Shown here piece after piece: positions 29,777 through 39,387 of a stretch of DNA of 64,000 bases. Origin of the DNA: a virus; IMG/VR virus record IMGVR_UViG_3300035670_000110, positions 24,609-88,608 of that record. One strand, 5' to 3'. The notes below the pieces were generated by a model. That model searched no databases. It saw nothing but the letters and a program-made list of their open reading frames with translations, and was not told the DNA's origin. The position numbers were made by a program, and so were the translations under genes. Position 1 is the stretch's first letter. The number at the start of each line of letters is the position of its first letter.

Positions 29777-29846
29777 TTATTATTTTCACCTCCTTGGAGC
29801 ATTAAAATAAAAACGCTTCCTCACAATTATGTTACCATGTAAGAAA

Positions 29847-30341
29847 TTATTTTGTGTACTCATAAGTTAGTTTTAAACAAGTAATAAACTTGGGTTTAAA
29901 ACTATCTATTCTTTTTTCATCTGCTATATAAGAGTCTTGATCTACTGTAATATATTTAAACTTTATTGTTGGGCTTGATGAAAGAAGATGGTTGTTAACT
30001 TCATTAGCACTTTCATCAAATTTTTCTAGAGCGTCAACAATGTAATTTTTTAGATAAAATATTTGAGGTAAATCTCCGACAATAATATAATCTGCCTCTT
30101 CTTTTTGAAGTGGCCAAAATGTTCCTGCTTTTGGCAAAAACATATAATCATATAGGATAAACGGCATTGTTGCTGAGTCTGGGGCTAGATTTTCACTGAC
30201 CGGGAAAAATGGTTTAAATGTATAGTTAGATGCGTTCCAAACAACACTTGCTGCTGCAGGCTGACCTGAAACAGATCCACTCACTAAATCCCATAAATAA
30301 TTGTTTATGTGAACAATGGCAAGTTCTGTTGGATTAGACAT
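29847..30341 (-). CDS. Tail terminator/completion protein
   Basis: Position just before the tail tube; PFFP and PFILYD motifs. Confidence 0.7.
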   Translation of the reverse strand: MSNPTELAIVHINNYLWDLVSGSVSGQPAAASVVWNASNYTFKPFFPVSENLAPDSATMPFILYDYMFLPKAGTFWPLQKEEADYIIVGDLPQIFYLKNYIVDALEKFDESANEVNNHLLSSSPTIKFKYITVDQDSYIADEKRIDSFKPKFITCLKLTYEYTK

Positions 30342-31035
30342 AATATGTGCTTATACCTCCAGCAATTTGTGATGCATCTCTTCTAGCAGTTGTTAATGAA
30401 TCTCTCACCACTCCAGAGTTAATTCTTGGAATAATTAATCTTCTTCTTTCTAGTATACCTAATTCTATTCTTTTAAAGTATCCAAATTTAGTTAAAACTG
30501 CATTTGCTTGCTTTATCATAAAATTATTGAATGTTTTTTCAAAACTGCCAGCGACCTCTGGTCCTCCAGGATTTCTAACAAAAGATTCTGTAGTAGAAAC
30601 AAATCTACCATCCTTTAACCTAAAGGTTAAATACTTTCGTTCTTTCGGAGTAATGGTGATTGGGTCATTTTTTTCCATTACATCTGCTTTATTGGGAAAA
30701 GCATACCCTTGTCTATTTGGGTTTTTTGCCCGTGTAAATTTAAAATTAATAAAAGAATTCTTTGAATCGCTTGTTACTGTTCCTTTAAACAATCTTGCAT
30801 TCTTATCTCCAGTTTTATCAAACTCATAAACGTGGTGGTACGCAGAGGGGTTTTGTGCTGCCTGAGAATCCACATAGCCCTCAAAATAATTTTTTATTAC
30901 GAAGGCTGCACCTCTATTTATTTTTTCTCTGTTAACAGGGTTTTGATACAGATTGGTTATAATCGAACTATCGTAAGTAGATATTGCCAAAACTTTTTCA
31001 GAAAATTTATCAGTGTTGAATGCTTTTGTGGCCAT
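30334..31035 (-). CDS. Neck / tail completion protein
   Basis: Basic 233-aa protein (HHVYE, ARLF, NPGG) in the head-tail connector block. Confidence 0.65.
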   Translation of the reverse strand: MATKAFNTDKFSEKVLAISTYDSSIITNLYQNPVNREKINRGAAFVIKNYFEGYVDSQAAQNPSAYHHVYEFDKTGDKNARLFKGTVTSDSKNSFINFKFTRAKNPNRQGYAFPNKADVMEKNDPITITPKERKYLTFRLKDGRFVSTTESFVRNPGGPEVAGSFEKTFNNFMIKQANAVLTKFGYFKRIELGILERRRLIIPRINSGVVRDSLTTARRDASQIAGGISTYYV

Positions 31036-31472
31036 TAGGACATCCTCTGCATTTCTTGTCTCATGAGAATAGTTTCGTATTCTATAACTGATCCGTCAAA
31101 GTTTATTAATGGAGTGCTTCCTCTTGGCTCAAAAATGGTAGATCCTTGAAATCCGCCGTCTGTTGATGGGTCTTGATTTTCTAGGTATATTACTCCATTA
31201 GAATTTCTTATCTTTACGACCCTTCTGTCTGAAGGAATAACTTCTGAAGCCCTTAATTTTACTAAAGAATTTAACATATTTAAATAATTATTTATCTCTA
31301 CTGTAGTAGAGTTTTCTCCGACACCTTTTCTGATGACACCCCTGGCAAGACAGTTAATTGTTTTTTCAAACGACCAGGATCTTACTACCGCGCCAGTAGA
31401 ATCCTGAGAAATTGTTGGCTTATATATATCTGCTTGCATTGTGTATGTTGTTGATGTTATACATCCAGTCAT
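31035..31472 (-). CDS. Head closure (stopper) protein
   Basis: M.ADIY....QD..G...RSW pattern and position after the adaptor. Confidence 0.72.
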   Translation of the reverse strand: MTGCITSTTYTMQADIYKPTISQDSTGAVVRSWSFEKTINCLARGVIRKGVGENSTTVEINNYLNMLNSLVKLRASEVIPSDRRVVKIRNSNGVIYLENQDPSTDGGFQGSTIFEPRGSTPLINFDGSVIEYETILMRQEMQRMS

Positions 31473-32378
31473 TTAAATCACCAAGTATCTTGGCTGCTTA
31501 TAAATTGACAATAAATTATCTACGATTAAATTTCCTGTTCCTGTTGCAAAATCTTTTCCATACTTAATATCGTAGGAGTCATTTGATAATTCAGCAATAT
31601 TTTTATTTCTTATATTGGAATCACTGCATAGATAATCTTCTATTAATAATGCTGTTGATTCTTCTATTTCTGCAGGAACATAGTCCCATCCCCACACTCC
31701 ATCAATTTTATACGAATAATCTTTTTTAAATATTCCATCATAATAAAAAACTGAAAACTTTGGAAACTCTAATGTTTCTTTGTTTTCTAGCGAACTATTA
31801 ACAATTTTTATCCTGCTGTCTGATGGACCTATTTCTATCGGGTAATCAAACTGGTAAGTTGAATTATCTCTTTCATAAACTAATAGATCATCTTCATAGA
31901 TTGAGTCAATTCTGTATATTTTTTCTGGCAAAGATAAAATATCTGTATTGTTTCCATAAACAGTCACAGTTCTTTTTTCTTTATTAAAATTAAAACCAAG
32001 ATGAGAGTTTATAATTAATCTTGCTCTTCTTTCTAATCTTCTTAGTTGTTCATCTGTTACTGAATCTTGTATTGTAGCCAACTCTCTGATTCTATCTGGA
32101 GTTGCATATGGCCTAACTAATGAAGCAAATTGAATTTCATTATAGGCCCCAGATCCACTAGTGGTTACATACTCTATTTTTAATTTTCTATCATATTGTG
32201 TTGAGTCTGCGTTAAGAGTAACAGTATATACGGAGGATGCTCCCACAGAGGCTTTACCGCCCTGAATAAATTCTTCAGTATCTAAATCATACACCTCAAA
32301 ATAAACATTCGTTGCGTATGCGCTAGCACTATATAAAATGTTAAGAGGGGCATTGTCTTGTCTTAAATATTCAATCAT
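31473..32378 (-). CDS. Head-to-tail adaptor
   Basis: VRPYA, AR.II..HLG, G.WGWDYVP.EI, TGNLIVD.LL; follows the MCP. Confidence 0.8.
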   Translation of the reverse strand: MIEYLRQDNAPLNILYSASAYATNVYFEVYDLDTEEFIQGGKASVGASSVYTVTLNADSTQYDRKLKIEYVTTSGSGAYNEIQFASLVRPYATPDRIRELATIQDSVTDEQLRRLERRARLIINSHLGFNFNKEKRTVTVYGNNTDILSLPEKIYRIDSIYEDDLLVYERDNSTYQFDYPIEIGPSDSRIKIVNSSLENKETLEFPKFSVFYYDGIFKKDYSYKIDGVWGWDYVPAEIEESTALLIEDYLCSDSNIRNKNIAELSNDSYDIKYGKDFATGTGNLIVDNLLSIYKQPRYLVI

Positions 32379-32429
32379 TGAACACCGCCATATAAATTTA
32401 TATAACTATTTTACTATATATTAAGATAT

Positions 32430-32456
32430 GGAAAGAGGGCCGATTTCTCGGCCCTC
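32430..32456 (-). terminator. Intrinsic terminator after the major capsid gene
   Basis: Minus strand GAGGGCCGA-GAAA-TCGGCCCTC followed by TTTCC. Confidence 0.8.
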
Positions 32457-32477
32457 CAACCACATTATTTAGTTATA

Positions 32478-33596
32478 TCAGCCAGTTACGGCATTGGCCT
32501 TGGCCATTGCAGAGAGTTCTTCGATGTTTAGACCCATTCGGACATAAACGGTGTACTCTACTGTGTCCTTCTTTGGCTTGAACTCACGATGGACAGTAAC
32601 GTCTCTCTGGAAGCCCCAGATTCTGTTCTGTGGGAATGTGAGGTCAACGTAGTGGTCTGGGTATAGTGGAACTTCCATTACGGGAATACCGAAAATGGAG
32701 GTTGTCATACCTGCAGGGCCACCAACGCGGGCGGGGGTGCCACGAAGAATACCGGCAGCGATATCCTCAGGAACACCTCCTGAGCCAATCTGACGTAGAT
32801 CAGTTAGAAGGGTTTGAACGTTCTTTGTGGAAGCATAGAACTTCAACTCTTGACGACGAGCCTTGAACTTACGGGGCAATGCGTTGTAAAGAGACTCAAA
32901 GAAGGCGATTGCTGAACCACTCTTCAGTTGTCCTGAAGTAGTTGCAGCGGTGAAGAATGTGGATGCTGTAGTAAGGGTTGCAGCAGTACCGAAGTGAGTA
33001 CCACCAGCAGCGCCGTCAGCGAGTGCAACGAACCCATCGATTGTGTATGGGTAGGTTGTACCAGCGTAGGAAGCAGTTCCCTGAGCAGCCAGACCATTGA
33101 TGGCGATATCTTCAAGATCGTTACCGAATTGACCAGCCATTAGGCGGACAATGTGATCCTCAAGAGCGGAGCCTTCAATGTTATCCTCAAGTGCCTCAGT
33201 TGAGAGTTCGTAGTCCAAGCGGAACTTAGTTGTGACGATTTCAACCTTGGTAAATTGAGCACCACGGTTTGCATAGCCTGTTTCGCCTGCACCAGCATCA
33301 AAGATGTTCTCACTTGCTTGTGATGCTTTGCGGATCAAACGAGTACCAACCTGAATCTTATCGAATTCAGCGGTGTTGGCTCGCATGATTTGTCTACGAC
33401 CGTCGTTGCCTAATACCATCTGATCAAACACATAGTCTAGGAATTGACGGGATTGTTCTGGAAGTAGCACGCCACCATTTTGAGTCAATGGGTTGCTTGT
33501 CAAGTTCTCCATATCACCGCTAGATGATAGGTCGGAGATGATTGCACCTGTACCAACATTTACTGCGGCAGCGGCCTTATTAATTGCGTCACTCAT
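32478..33596 (-). CDS. Major capsid protein (HK97 fold)
   Basis: GGVLLPEQSRQFLDYV, KFRLDYELSTEALEDNIEG, FGNDLEDIAING, LTFPQNRIWGFQRDVTVHREF; flanked by scaffold and terminator. Confidence 0.93.
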   Translation of the reverse strand: MSDAINKAAAAVNVGTGAIISDLSSSGDMENLTSNPLTQNGGVLLPEQSRQFLDYVFDQMVLGNDGRRQIMRANTAEFDKIQVGTRLIRKASQASENIFDAGAGETGYANRGAQFTKVEIVTTKFRLDYELSTEALEDNIEGSALEDHIVRLMAGQFGNDLEDIAINGLAAQGTASYAGTTYPYTIDGFVALADGAAGGTHFGTAATLTTASTFFTAATTSGQLKSGSAIAFFESLYNALPRKFKARRQELKFYASTKNVQTLLTDLRQIGSGGVPEDIAAGILRGTPARVGGPAGMTTSIFGIPVMEVPLYPDHYVDLTFPQNRIWGFQRDVTVHREFKPKKDTVEYTVYVRMGLNIEELSAMAKANAVTG

Positions 33597-33624
33597 GCTT
33601 TTCTTTACACCTCTCTTTCATATT

Positions 33625-34164
33625 TTAGTTAAATAGATCTGCGGAACTGAGGAAGCGTCCGCCCCATAATGATTTCTTCATTACGGGTTGCTCTGGGATA
33701 CTATTTTCTAGTTCACCAGACTTCTTAATTGCTGTCTCTTCTTCTACAGATTCAACTCTGCTTGCAATTTCTGTAGCAGCGTTATTGAGATCAGCCAAAC
33801 TCTTAGTTACCTCTTCGTATTTTGCTTGAAGTTGCCCAACTTTTTCATCGACAGCCTTTGCCAACTCAAGAACAGCGCTTGTAATTTTATCAAATGACTC
33901 TGTGCTTGACTCAACTGACTTTGTTAGGGCCTCTTCCACAAATGACTTAACTTCGCCTAAAGCCTTTTCCATGTCAAAAACTTCTGAGGAAGTGTCTTCT
34001 GATTCGGCTTCTCCAGCCTCAACAACATCAGATTTAGCCATTGCTAGTGCCTCATTAACAACGTCCTCTATAGTTTCTTCTACTTCAAACTCAACCTCTT
34101 CTGAAGTTTCGTCTACAGCCTGGGCGGTGTCAAGTTCTTCATGGCTTGTTTCGTTGTCAGCCAT
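33625..34164 (-). CDS. Nested in-frame scaffolding protein (179 aa)
   Basis: AAGGAGGT-GTTGAA-ATG at 34164, in frame with the protease; product MADNETSHEE... is an acidic coiled coil. Confidence 0.75.
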   Translation of the reverse strand: MADNETSHEELDTAQAVDETSEEVEFEVEETIEDVVNEALAMAKSDVVEAGEAESEDTSSEVFDMEKALGEVKSFVEEALTKSVESSTESFDKITSAVLELAKAVDEKVGQLQAKYEEVTKSLADLNNAATEIASRVESVEEETAIKKSGELENSIPEQPVMKKSLWGGRFLSSADLFN

Positions 34165-35829
34165 TTCAACACCTCCTTCGTTTTTTTGTAAAGTCTCTAA
34201 GGACTTTTTTGTTGACAAGGGATTTTCCTTTGGCAACAAGTCTGTATCGTAAGAAGTTCTTTTGAACTTTCCTGTTTTTAGCGCGTGCAAAAATCCTTTA
34301 ACTCTGGCCTCAGCCCATTCATTTTCTGAAGAAGAATTATTTTTTGAAGATACTGGATTATTTCTGTAGGACTCTATTCCGCGATTAAAAACCTTTAGTA
34401 ATGTTTCAAAATCGGTTCTCTTAGAATTAACGTTACCATATTTTTCATTATGTTGAGAAACTAGATTTTCTAAATTCTTTTTAATGTTTTCTGGAATAAC
34501 TTTATTAACACTAATAACCTTTAATTTAACAAGTTCTTCTATGCTTTTATAAACAAAATTTTGTGTGGAAAGAAATTTATTTCCAAACTCTTTATACAGT
34601 CTTAATTCGGCAATGTTATCTGAAATAACCTCTACACGGCCCTTATTAATTTTATTGTCTTCTCTATAAGCAACAAAAGATCCTACCTCTATTTCTGTAG
34701 GATCAGACTTATACATTCTTTTCTTCTTTCCATATGCTTTTTTAGGAGACATTGTGGCAGAAGCGGATACAGCACCTGGAAGCCCTTGTTCAGCATTTCT
34801 AGCAGGAGTATTTTCACTTGTGACTGTTTCTTTCTCAATATCTTCTGCTTTGTCTAAGGAGTCTATTGCTCTTAAAGTACTCATTTTATGCCCCACTCTA
34901 GTATCTGTTGCCTCCCAGCCCTCTGATCCTTTTCGATAGACTCTAATTAATACTGCTGGGTCGCCATCTTCTGCATTAACTGTAAAGTCTGAATCAGGAA
35001 CATCGATGCTGCCACTTCTGACCACTCTTTCTACTTTCCCGCGTGCAGTGCCACCAGAAGAATTCCAGGAAACAAATTGTCCTACGCGAACTGAATCTGC
35101 TTTTGCTAAAAAGCCGTCCACTATTTTTCCTATTTCTTGATTTTTGTTAATGTCTGTTGATTCTACCCATCCTATTTCATTCATATTTGTTGAGCAAACT
35201 GGGCATTGGAAGGAATCTGATTTTTCAGTTATTGCGATTTTATCTATTGGACACCAAAAAACATTCTCTGTTGTAAACTCTGTGGCGATACCGCTGGTCA
35301 CTATTTGATCATCGACTTTTTGAATGGAAAAAATATTAGCAAATTGGTTTGCAGGAGAATCAACTAGGGATAACTCCATTAACTCGTATTCTTTTACTAT
35401 TCTTACAGAATTATCATCTTCGTCGTCCATTTTATTTTCATAGTCAACAATTCTTCCACCAATAGAAAATCCTGTTAAAGTTCCATCTAAAACCATTTGC
35501 CAAATGTTTTCTGCGCCTTTTGAAATATAGGCGTCTACAAAAATACCGTTATATGTTTTACCAGTTTCTTTATCAAAGAAGGAGTTTTCTCTAAACGAAA
35601 CAACTTTTCCGGCAGGAATGGGCTGATGCATTAATCTTACATTTCCACGAAAATTCTCAAAAGCCTTTCTTGATGCTTCTGATAGCAAGACATCACCTTG
35701 CCTGTCAACATTATCTAATGTAGCAAACCCGCTAACGATTCTTCTTTCTTCATCCACCTTAGCGATGGGCATTGTTAATCTTAGGCTGTCGCCATCTAAA
35801 TCAAAGTGTGCTTTATTCATATCAACCAT
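33625..35829 (-). CDS. Prohead protease (HK97-type) with inserted accessory domains, fused to scaffold
   Basis: RIVSGFATLDNVDRQGD, RLMHQ, TGFSIGG, ELSLVDSPAN; acidic coiled-coil C-terminus ending KSLWGGRFL. Confidence 0.9.
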   Translation of the reverse strand: MVDMNKAHFDLDGDSLRLTMPIAKVDEERRIVSGFATLDNVDRQGDVLLSEASRKAFENFRGNVRLMHQPIPAGKVVSFRENSFFDKETGKTYNGIFVDAYISKGAENIWQMVLDGTLTGFSIGGRIVDYENKMDDEDDNSVRIVKEYELMELSLVDSPANQFANIFSIQKVDDQIVTSGIATEFTTENVFWCPIDKIAITEKSDSFQCPVCSTNMNEIGWVESTDINKNQEIGKIVDGFLAKADSVRVGQFVSWNSSGGTARGKVERVVRSGSIDVPDSDFTVNAEDGDPAVLIRVYRKGSEGWEATDTRVGHKMSTLRAIDSLDKAEDIEKETVTSENTPARNAEQGLPGAVSASATMSPKKAYGKKKRMYKSDPTEIEVGSFVAYREDNKINKGRVEVISDNIAELRLYKEFGNKFLSTQNFVYKSIEELVKLKVISVNKVIPENIKKNLENLVSQHNEKYGNVNSKRTDFETLLKVFNRGIESYRNNPVSSKNNSSSENEWAEARVKGFLHALKTGKFKRTSYDTDLLPKENPLSTKKSLETLQKNEGGVEMADNETSHEELDTAQAVDETSEEVEFEVEETIEDVVNEALAMAKSDVVEAGEAESEDTSSEVFDMEKALGEVKSFVEEALTKSVESSTESFDKITSAVLELAKAVDEKVGQLQAKYEEVTKSLADLNNAATEIASRVESVEEETAIKKSGELENSIPEQPVMKKSLWGGRFLSSADLFN

Positions 35830-35859
35830 GGTGTTTTAATTATATTATATATAACTTTA

Positions 35860-37485
35860 TTAATTTTGCTGTCTTCCGTCGCCCTGTGTTGCCCTTGGCA
35901 TTTCCGCTGAATCTGATGCATTAGAAGATCTTTCTTGATCTCTTACCCTATTTCTAGTTGCTTGTGCTGTTTGCTCTGATGCTTGTGGGCCAGTTAATAT
36001 TACAGGATTATCCCCATCAGGTAGGCTGGACTTTCCAAGTCTTTCTCTTACCTCATTGGGAACAATAACTCTCATTCTTAAATATCTTTCATCAATTTTT
36101 GATTGAGTTTCTTCGTCAGTCAGGGTTAGTTCATTAAATTCAAATTTAAATATGTCTGTTTTTTCAGCAATAATTTTATTAATTTTCTTTTCAAGCGCGT
36201 CCTGTGCTGGACGGCAGACTTGTTCTTTAAATGTTCTGTCTGACTCTCTTGCCGCAGCCAATCCAATTCCTTCAGTAGATCCTACTTTAGATGCTGGAAC
36301 TCTATGGGCCATTAAGATTTCTTCTTTATTCATTTTTTTATAGTTATTAAATGATGAATCTTGAATGTTTGTTTCAATAGGCTCCATCTTCATTTCCACT
36401 TTAGTTTCTGGGGTATCTCCTGGAATAGGAATGATGGCTGTTCTATGAGACTGACCTCTTAGATTTCCCTGAAAAAATTCAAACAGTCTTTCTTCTGCCT
36501 GACGACTCATCTTTGCGCCCTTTAGCCAGAAAATATATCTTGGAACTGCCTTGTTCTCAAAGTACTCAAGATTAAATCTGGACGCAAACTCATTTCCTGC
36601 CATTGCATTTTTAGCAGCAACAATTGCGGGAAGTCCGTAATAAGTGTTAGTGGGCGTGTAATTCTTAATATGAATTATTTCATTTGGCCTTGGGTCAGTT
36701 GTTATCGGGTTCTTTTCTTTTCCTTCAAAGTTTCTAAAGAACACGGCCTTGCCGTTGACGATTTGTACAAAGCCGTCACGCAATCTACGCACTCGCATTG
36801 TAGAGGCGGGAATATGACCAATGTAACCGATTTCGCCATTAACTTTCCGACCGATTTCAATATACCCATTACCCGTTGCCTCCGCATCTATATAAGATTT
36901 AATTAGTGTCATAGTAAATGTATCATCGTCATTACGGGATTCAAGCCATTCTATTGCCTGCTCTCTTTGTCGGGCAATCTTTCTTCTGGCTCTTGCCAAT
37001 TGGTCTGGGTCATTTATCTCTTCAAGTTTTTGTATTATTTCCAATTTAGGCAATAAATCGTATCCTAGACCAACTATGTTTGCAACCTTTGCATTAATTG
37101 CAGAATAGTTTGGAGCGGAAAGTTCATATATTTTTGCTAAAGCCCCTAAATTATATTGAGGCTCTACAACGTCAAATATTCCATACCCGTACTTATCTGG
37201 AATAATTTGTTTTGAGGTTGCTTCATCTCCAGCATAAACATTATCGTCTGCTGTAACAATTTCTCCCCCGGCAGTTATAAGCGCTTTGCTTAATTTTCTA
37301 CGAGCAGATCTTTTAAAATTTTGAGACAATCCGTTAAGTTGCAAGATGCTATCTGCATCCTGTTTAAAATCATCTTTCTCTGGTTGCATTGGATTGTCTG
37401 ATGATACAGACTTTCCTATGTGAACGCTATCGATCCAAAGATCTTCTTGTTCGTTTTGCATCTCTCCACGCTCCAGTATCTCCAT
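35860..37485 (-). CDS. Portal protein
   Basis: TGNGYIEIGR, HIPASTMR, NEIIH.KNY.P..TYYGLP, YFENKAVP, EILMAHRVP, PNEVRERLG. Confidence 0.93.
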   Translation of the reverse strand: MEILERGEMQNEQEDLWIDSVHIGKSVSSDNPMQPEKDDFKQDADSILQLNGLSQNFKRSARRKLSKALITAGGEIVTADDNVYAGDEATSKQIIPDKYGYGIFDVVEPQYNLGALAKIYELSAPNYSAINAKVANIVGLGYDLLPKLEIIQKLEEINDPDQLARARRKIARQREQAIEWLESRNDDDTFTMTLIKSYIDAEATGNGYIEIGRKVNGEIGYIGHIPASTMRVRRLRDGFVQIVNGKAVFFRNFEGKEKNPITTDPRPNEIIHIKNYTPTNTYYGLPAIVAAKNAMAGNEFASRFNLEYFENKAVPRYIFWLKGAKMSRQAEERLFEFFQGNLRGQSHRTAIIPIPGDTPETKVEMKMEPIETNIQDSSFNNYKKMNKEEILMAHRVPASKVGSTEGIGLAAARESDRTFKEQVCRPAQDALEKKINKIIAEKTDIFKFEFNELTLTDEETQSKIDERYLRMRVIVPNEVRERLGKSSLPDGDNPVILTGPQASEQTAQATRNRVRDQERSSNASDSAEMPRATQGDGRQQN

Positions 37486-37753
37486 ATGTTAGGAGTCCAT
37501 TTTCCATACGATATTTATCCTCTTGGTATTCTTCTTCTGTCACACGACCTATGCCTGGAATAAAAACAGCCTGTCCTTCCGGCTGACCATAATGTGCAGC
37601 AGCCTTTCTAATTTCAGCCATTTTTTCAATGTCTCCACGCATAGAAGGAATGTTTAAAACATTATCATCGTCATCTTTAAAGATTCCACCCTCTGGAAGT
37701 AGCCAAACATATACTCCATAGTTAGACGGATCTTGTACTATTTGTAATCCCAT
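37427..37753 (-). CDS. Hypothetical protein upstream of the portal
   Basis: 108 aa (YGVYVW, NVLNIPSMRGD, AAAHYG); leaderless start 7 nt after TGATATTAT. Confidence 0.75.
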   Translation of the reverse strand: MGLQIVQDPSNYGVYVWLLPEGGIFKDDDDNVLNIPSMRGDIEKMAEIRKAAAHYGQPEGQAVFIPGIGRVTEEEYQEDKYRMENGLLTYGDTGAWRDAKRTRRSLDR

Positions 37754-37771
37754 GTACCAAATAATATCATA

Positions 37772-38620
37772 TTAAGGGTTATTTGTATCGAAAATGTTCA
37801 CAAAAGTAGTAACTTTTTGTACTGCGGGGGTATTTATAAACCCTAAATCTGTTTTTAAAAAGAATGTTGTTCCATATCTAGAGCCAAAAAGAATTCTTAC
37901 AAAATCTCCTACTGAACTACTAATTGGGATAAATTGTGATGATGCACTTAATTCATAAATTTGATTATCAGTTATTGATAAAACTTTATCCCCTTCAGTG
38001 ATATTAAATCCATCGATAAAAAGATCATCATTGATAAGGACAGATGCAGAAACATATTCTAAAAGACTCTCTTCGTTAGCGACACTAACATCGAAAAGGT
38101 ATCTGGACTGATTTTTAATCGGCTGATAAACTATACCACTGGATGCCGAAATAAAATTATCTTCTACATAGTCTATAACATTAATAGAAAATGACGCTGT
38201 ATCTGATACCACTAGTTTTGCTGTTCCAGCACCTGTAAACTCTTCATGTAAATATTGTGGATCTGAGTCCAACAAAGATGAATCCATAATATATAGATTT
38301 TGTATATTAAAATTTGCTCCAGAGTAGTCTCCAAAACGAATGTTAAACGAATCATTGCTGGAAGTTAATAATTTTTCGGGAAAGGTGAAGGTTAAATGAG
38401 ACCATTTACCTTGAGAAATAAAAGATCCTGATTGTCCGTTAACGTAACAATTTACGATACTATCGTCAAATACTAGTTGACCCGTATTATTATTAATACT
38501 GGCAGAAAACAGTAATTTTGAGTTAGAAGATGACGAAAATATATTTAAAAAATTATAAAAAGAATCTGTATCATCATTTAATCTAACAAAACAACCGACT
38601 GAACCAAGATATTTGATCAT
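37772..38620 (-). CDS. Virion structural protein with a ConA/LamG-like beta fragment
   Basis: YVNG.....GKWSHLTFTF LamG-like pattern; rich in SAS motifs. Confidence 0.55.
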   Translation of the reverse strand: MIKYLGSVGCFVRLNDDTDSFYNFLNIFSSSSNSKLLFSASINNNTGQLVFDDSIVNCYVNGQSGSFISQGKWSHLTFTFPEKLLTSSNDSFNIRFGDYSGANFNIQNLYIMDSSLLDSDPQYLHEEFTGAGTAKLVVSDTASFSINVIDYVEDNFISASSGIVYQPIKNQSRYLFDVSVANEESLLEYVSASVLINDDLFIDGFNITEGDKVLSITDNQIYELSASSQFIPISSSVGDFVRILFGSRYGTTFFLKTDLGFINTPAVQKVTTFVNIFDTNNP

Positions 38621-38637
38621 ATTGTTATTATATCCTA

Positions 38638-39387
38638 TTATATGTATCTTCCAGAAGAAAAATATTCTTCTATGTTAAATATAACATTTTTACATAATTC
38701 ATGATCAAGTTCTTCTATAATCTGATTTTTATATAAATATGCTTTATTAGAGAAACCAAATAAATTAATCAAAGACTCCAGATAATTTTTATAAACAAAC
38801 ATTACCTCACTGTTAGGATTTGCCTGAATTGGATCAAATTTATAAGAATCTGACTCTAAAAACATCAATGCGTTAGAAATATATTGTTTATAGCAAATGT
38901 CAAAGTCATACGCTAGTGGTCCGTCGATCAAAGAATTTTTCTCTGCGTACATATTAAAAGAATCTTTATGTGCTATCAAAGATCCGTCTAATGGCCATAC
39001 TTTATAGGACATATGGTAGTCGTAGTAAAAATTTTCTAATATTTCTTCTTTTATCATTGAATCTATAATTTTATTTATCTGACTTTCTTCTTTTATCATA
39101 TACATTTTATTTGATGGTTTTATAAAACATTTATGCTCTTTGCATAACTCTATAGATTGATGTAATGAAAACGGTGGAATTATAATATAATCTATTAAAA
39201 TTAATATTTCTTCATTTTTAATAGTTTCATTGATTAGTTTAATATAATTAATGTCTTTATCGAAATCGTAGGATGCTTTTTTTACATTAAACCCGATATC
39301 ATTATAATATTTTTTATAAAATAAAAATTTTTCTTCTTCATGAAAACCATCTACATAGGGTATATAAACATTATTTGTATACGACAT
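38638..39387 (-). CDS. Degenerate GT-A glycosyltransferase-like protein
   Basis: VYIPY N-terminal strand and ILILIDYIIIP...L.QSIELC resemble a GT2 core, but there is no clear DxD. Confidence 0.4.
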   Translation of the reverse strand: MSYTNNVYIPYVDGFHEEEKFLFYKKYYNDIGFNVKKASYDFDKDINYIKLINETIKNEEILILIDYIIIPPFSLHQSIELCKEHKCFIKPSNKMYMIKEESQINKIIDSMIKEEILENFYYDYHMSYKVWPLDGSLIAHKDSFNMYAEKNSLIDGPLAYDFDICYKQYISNALMFLESDSYKFDPIQANPNSEVMFVYKNYLESLINLFGFSNKAYLYKNQIIEELDHELCKNVIFNIEEYFSSGRYI

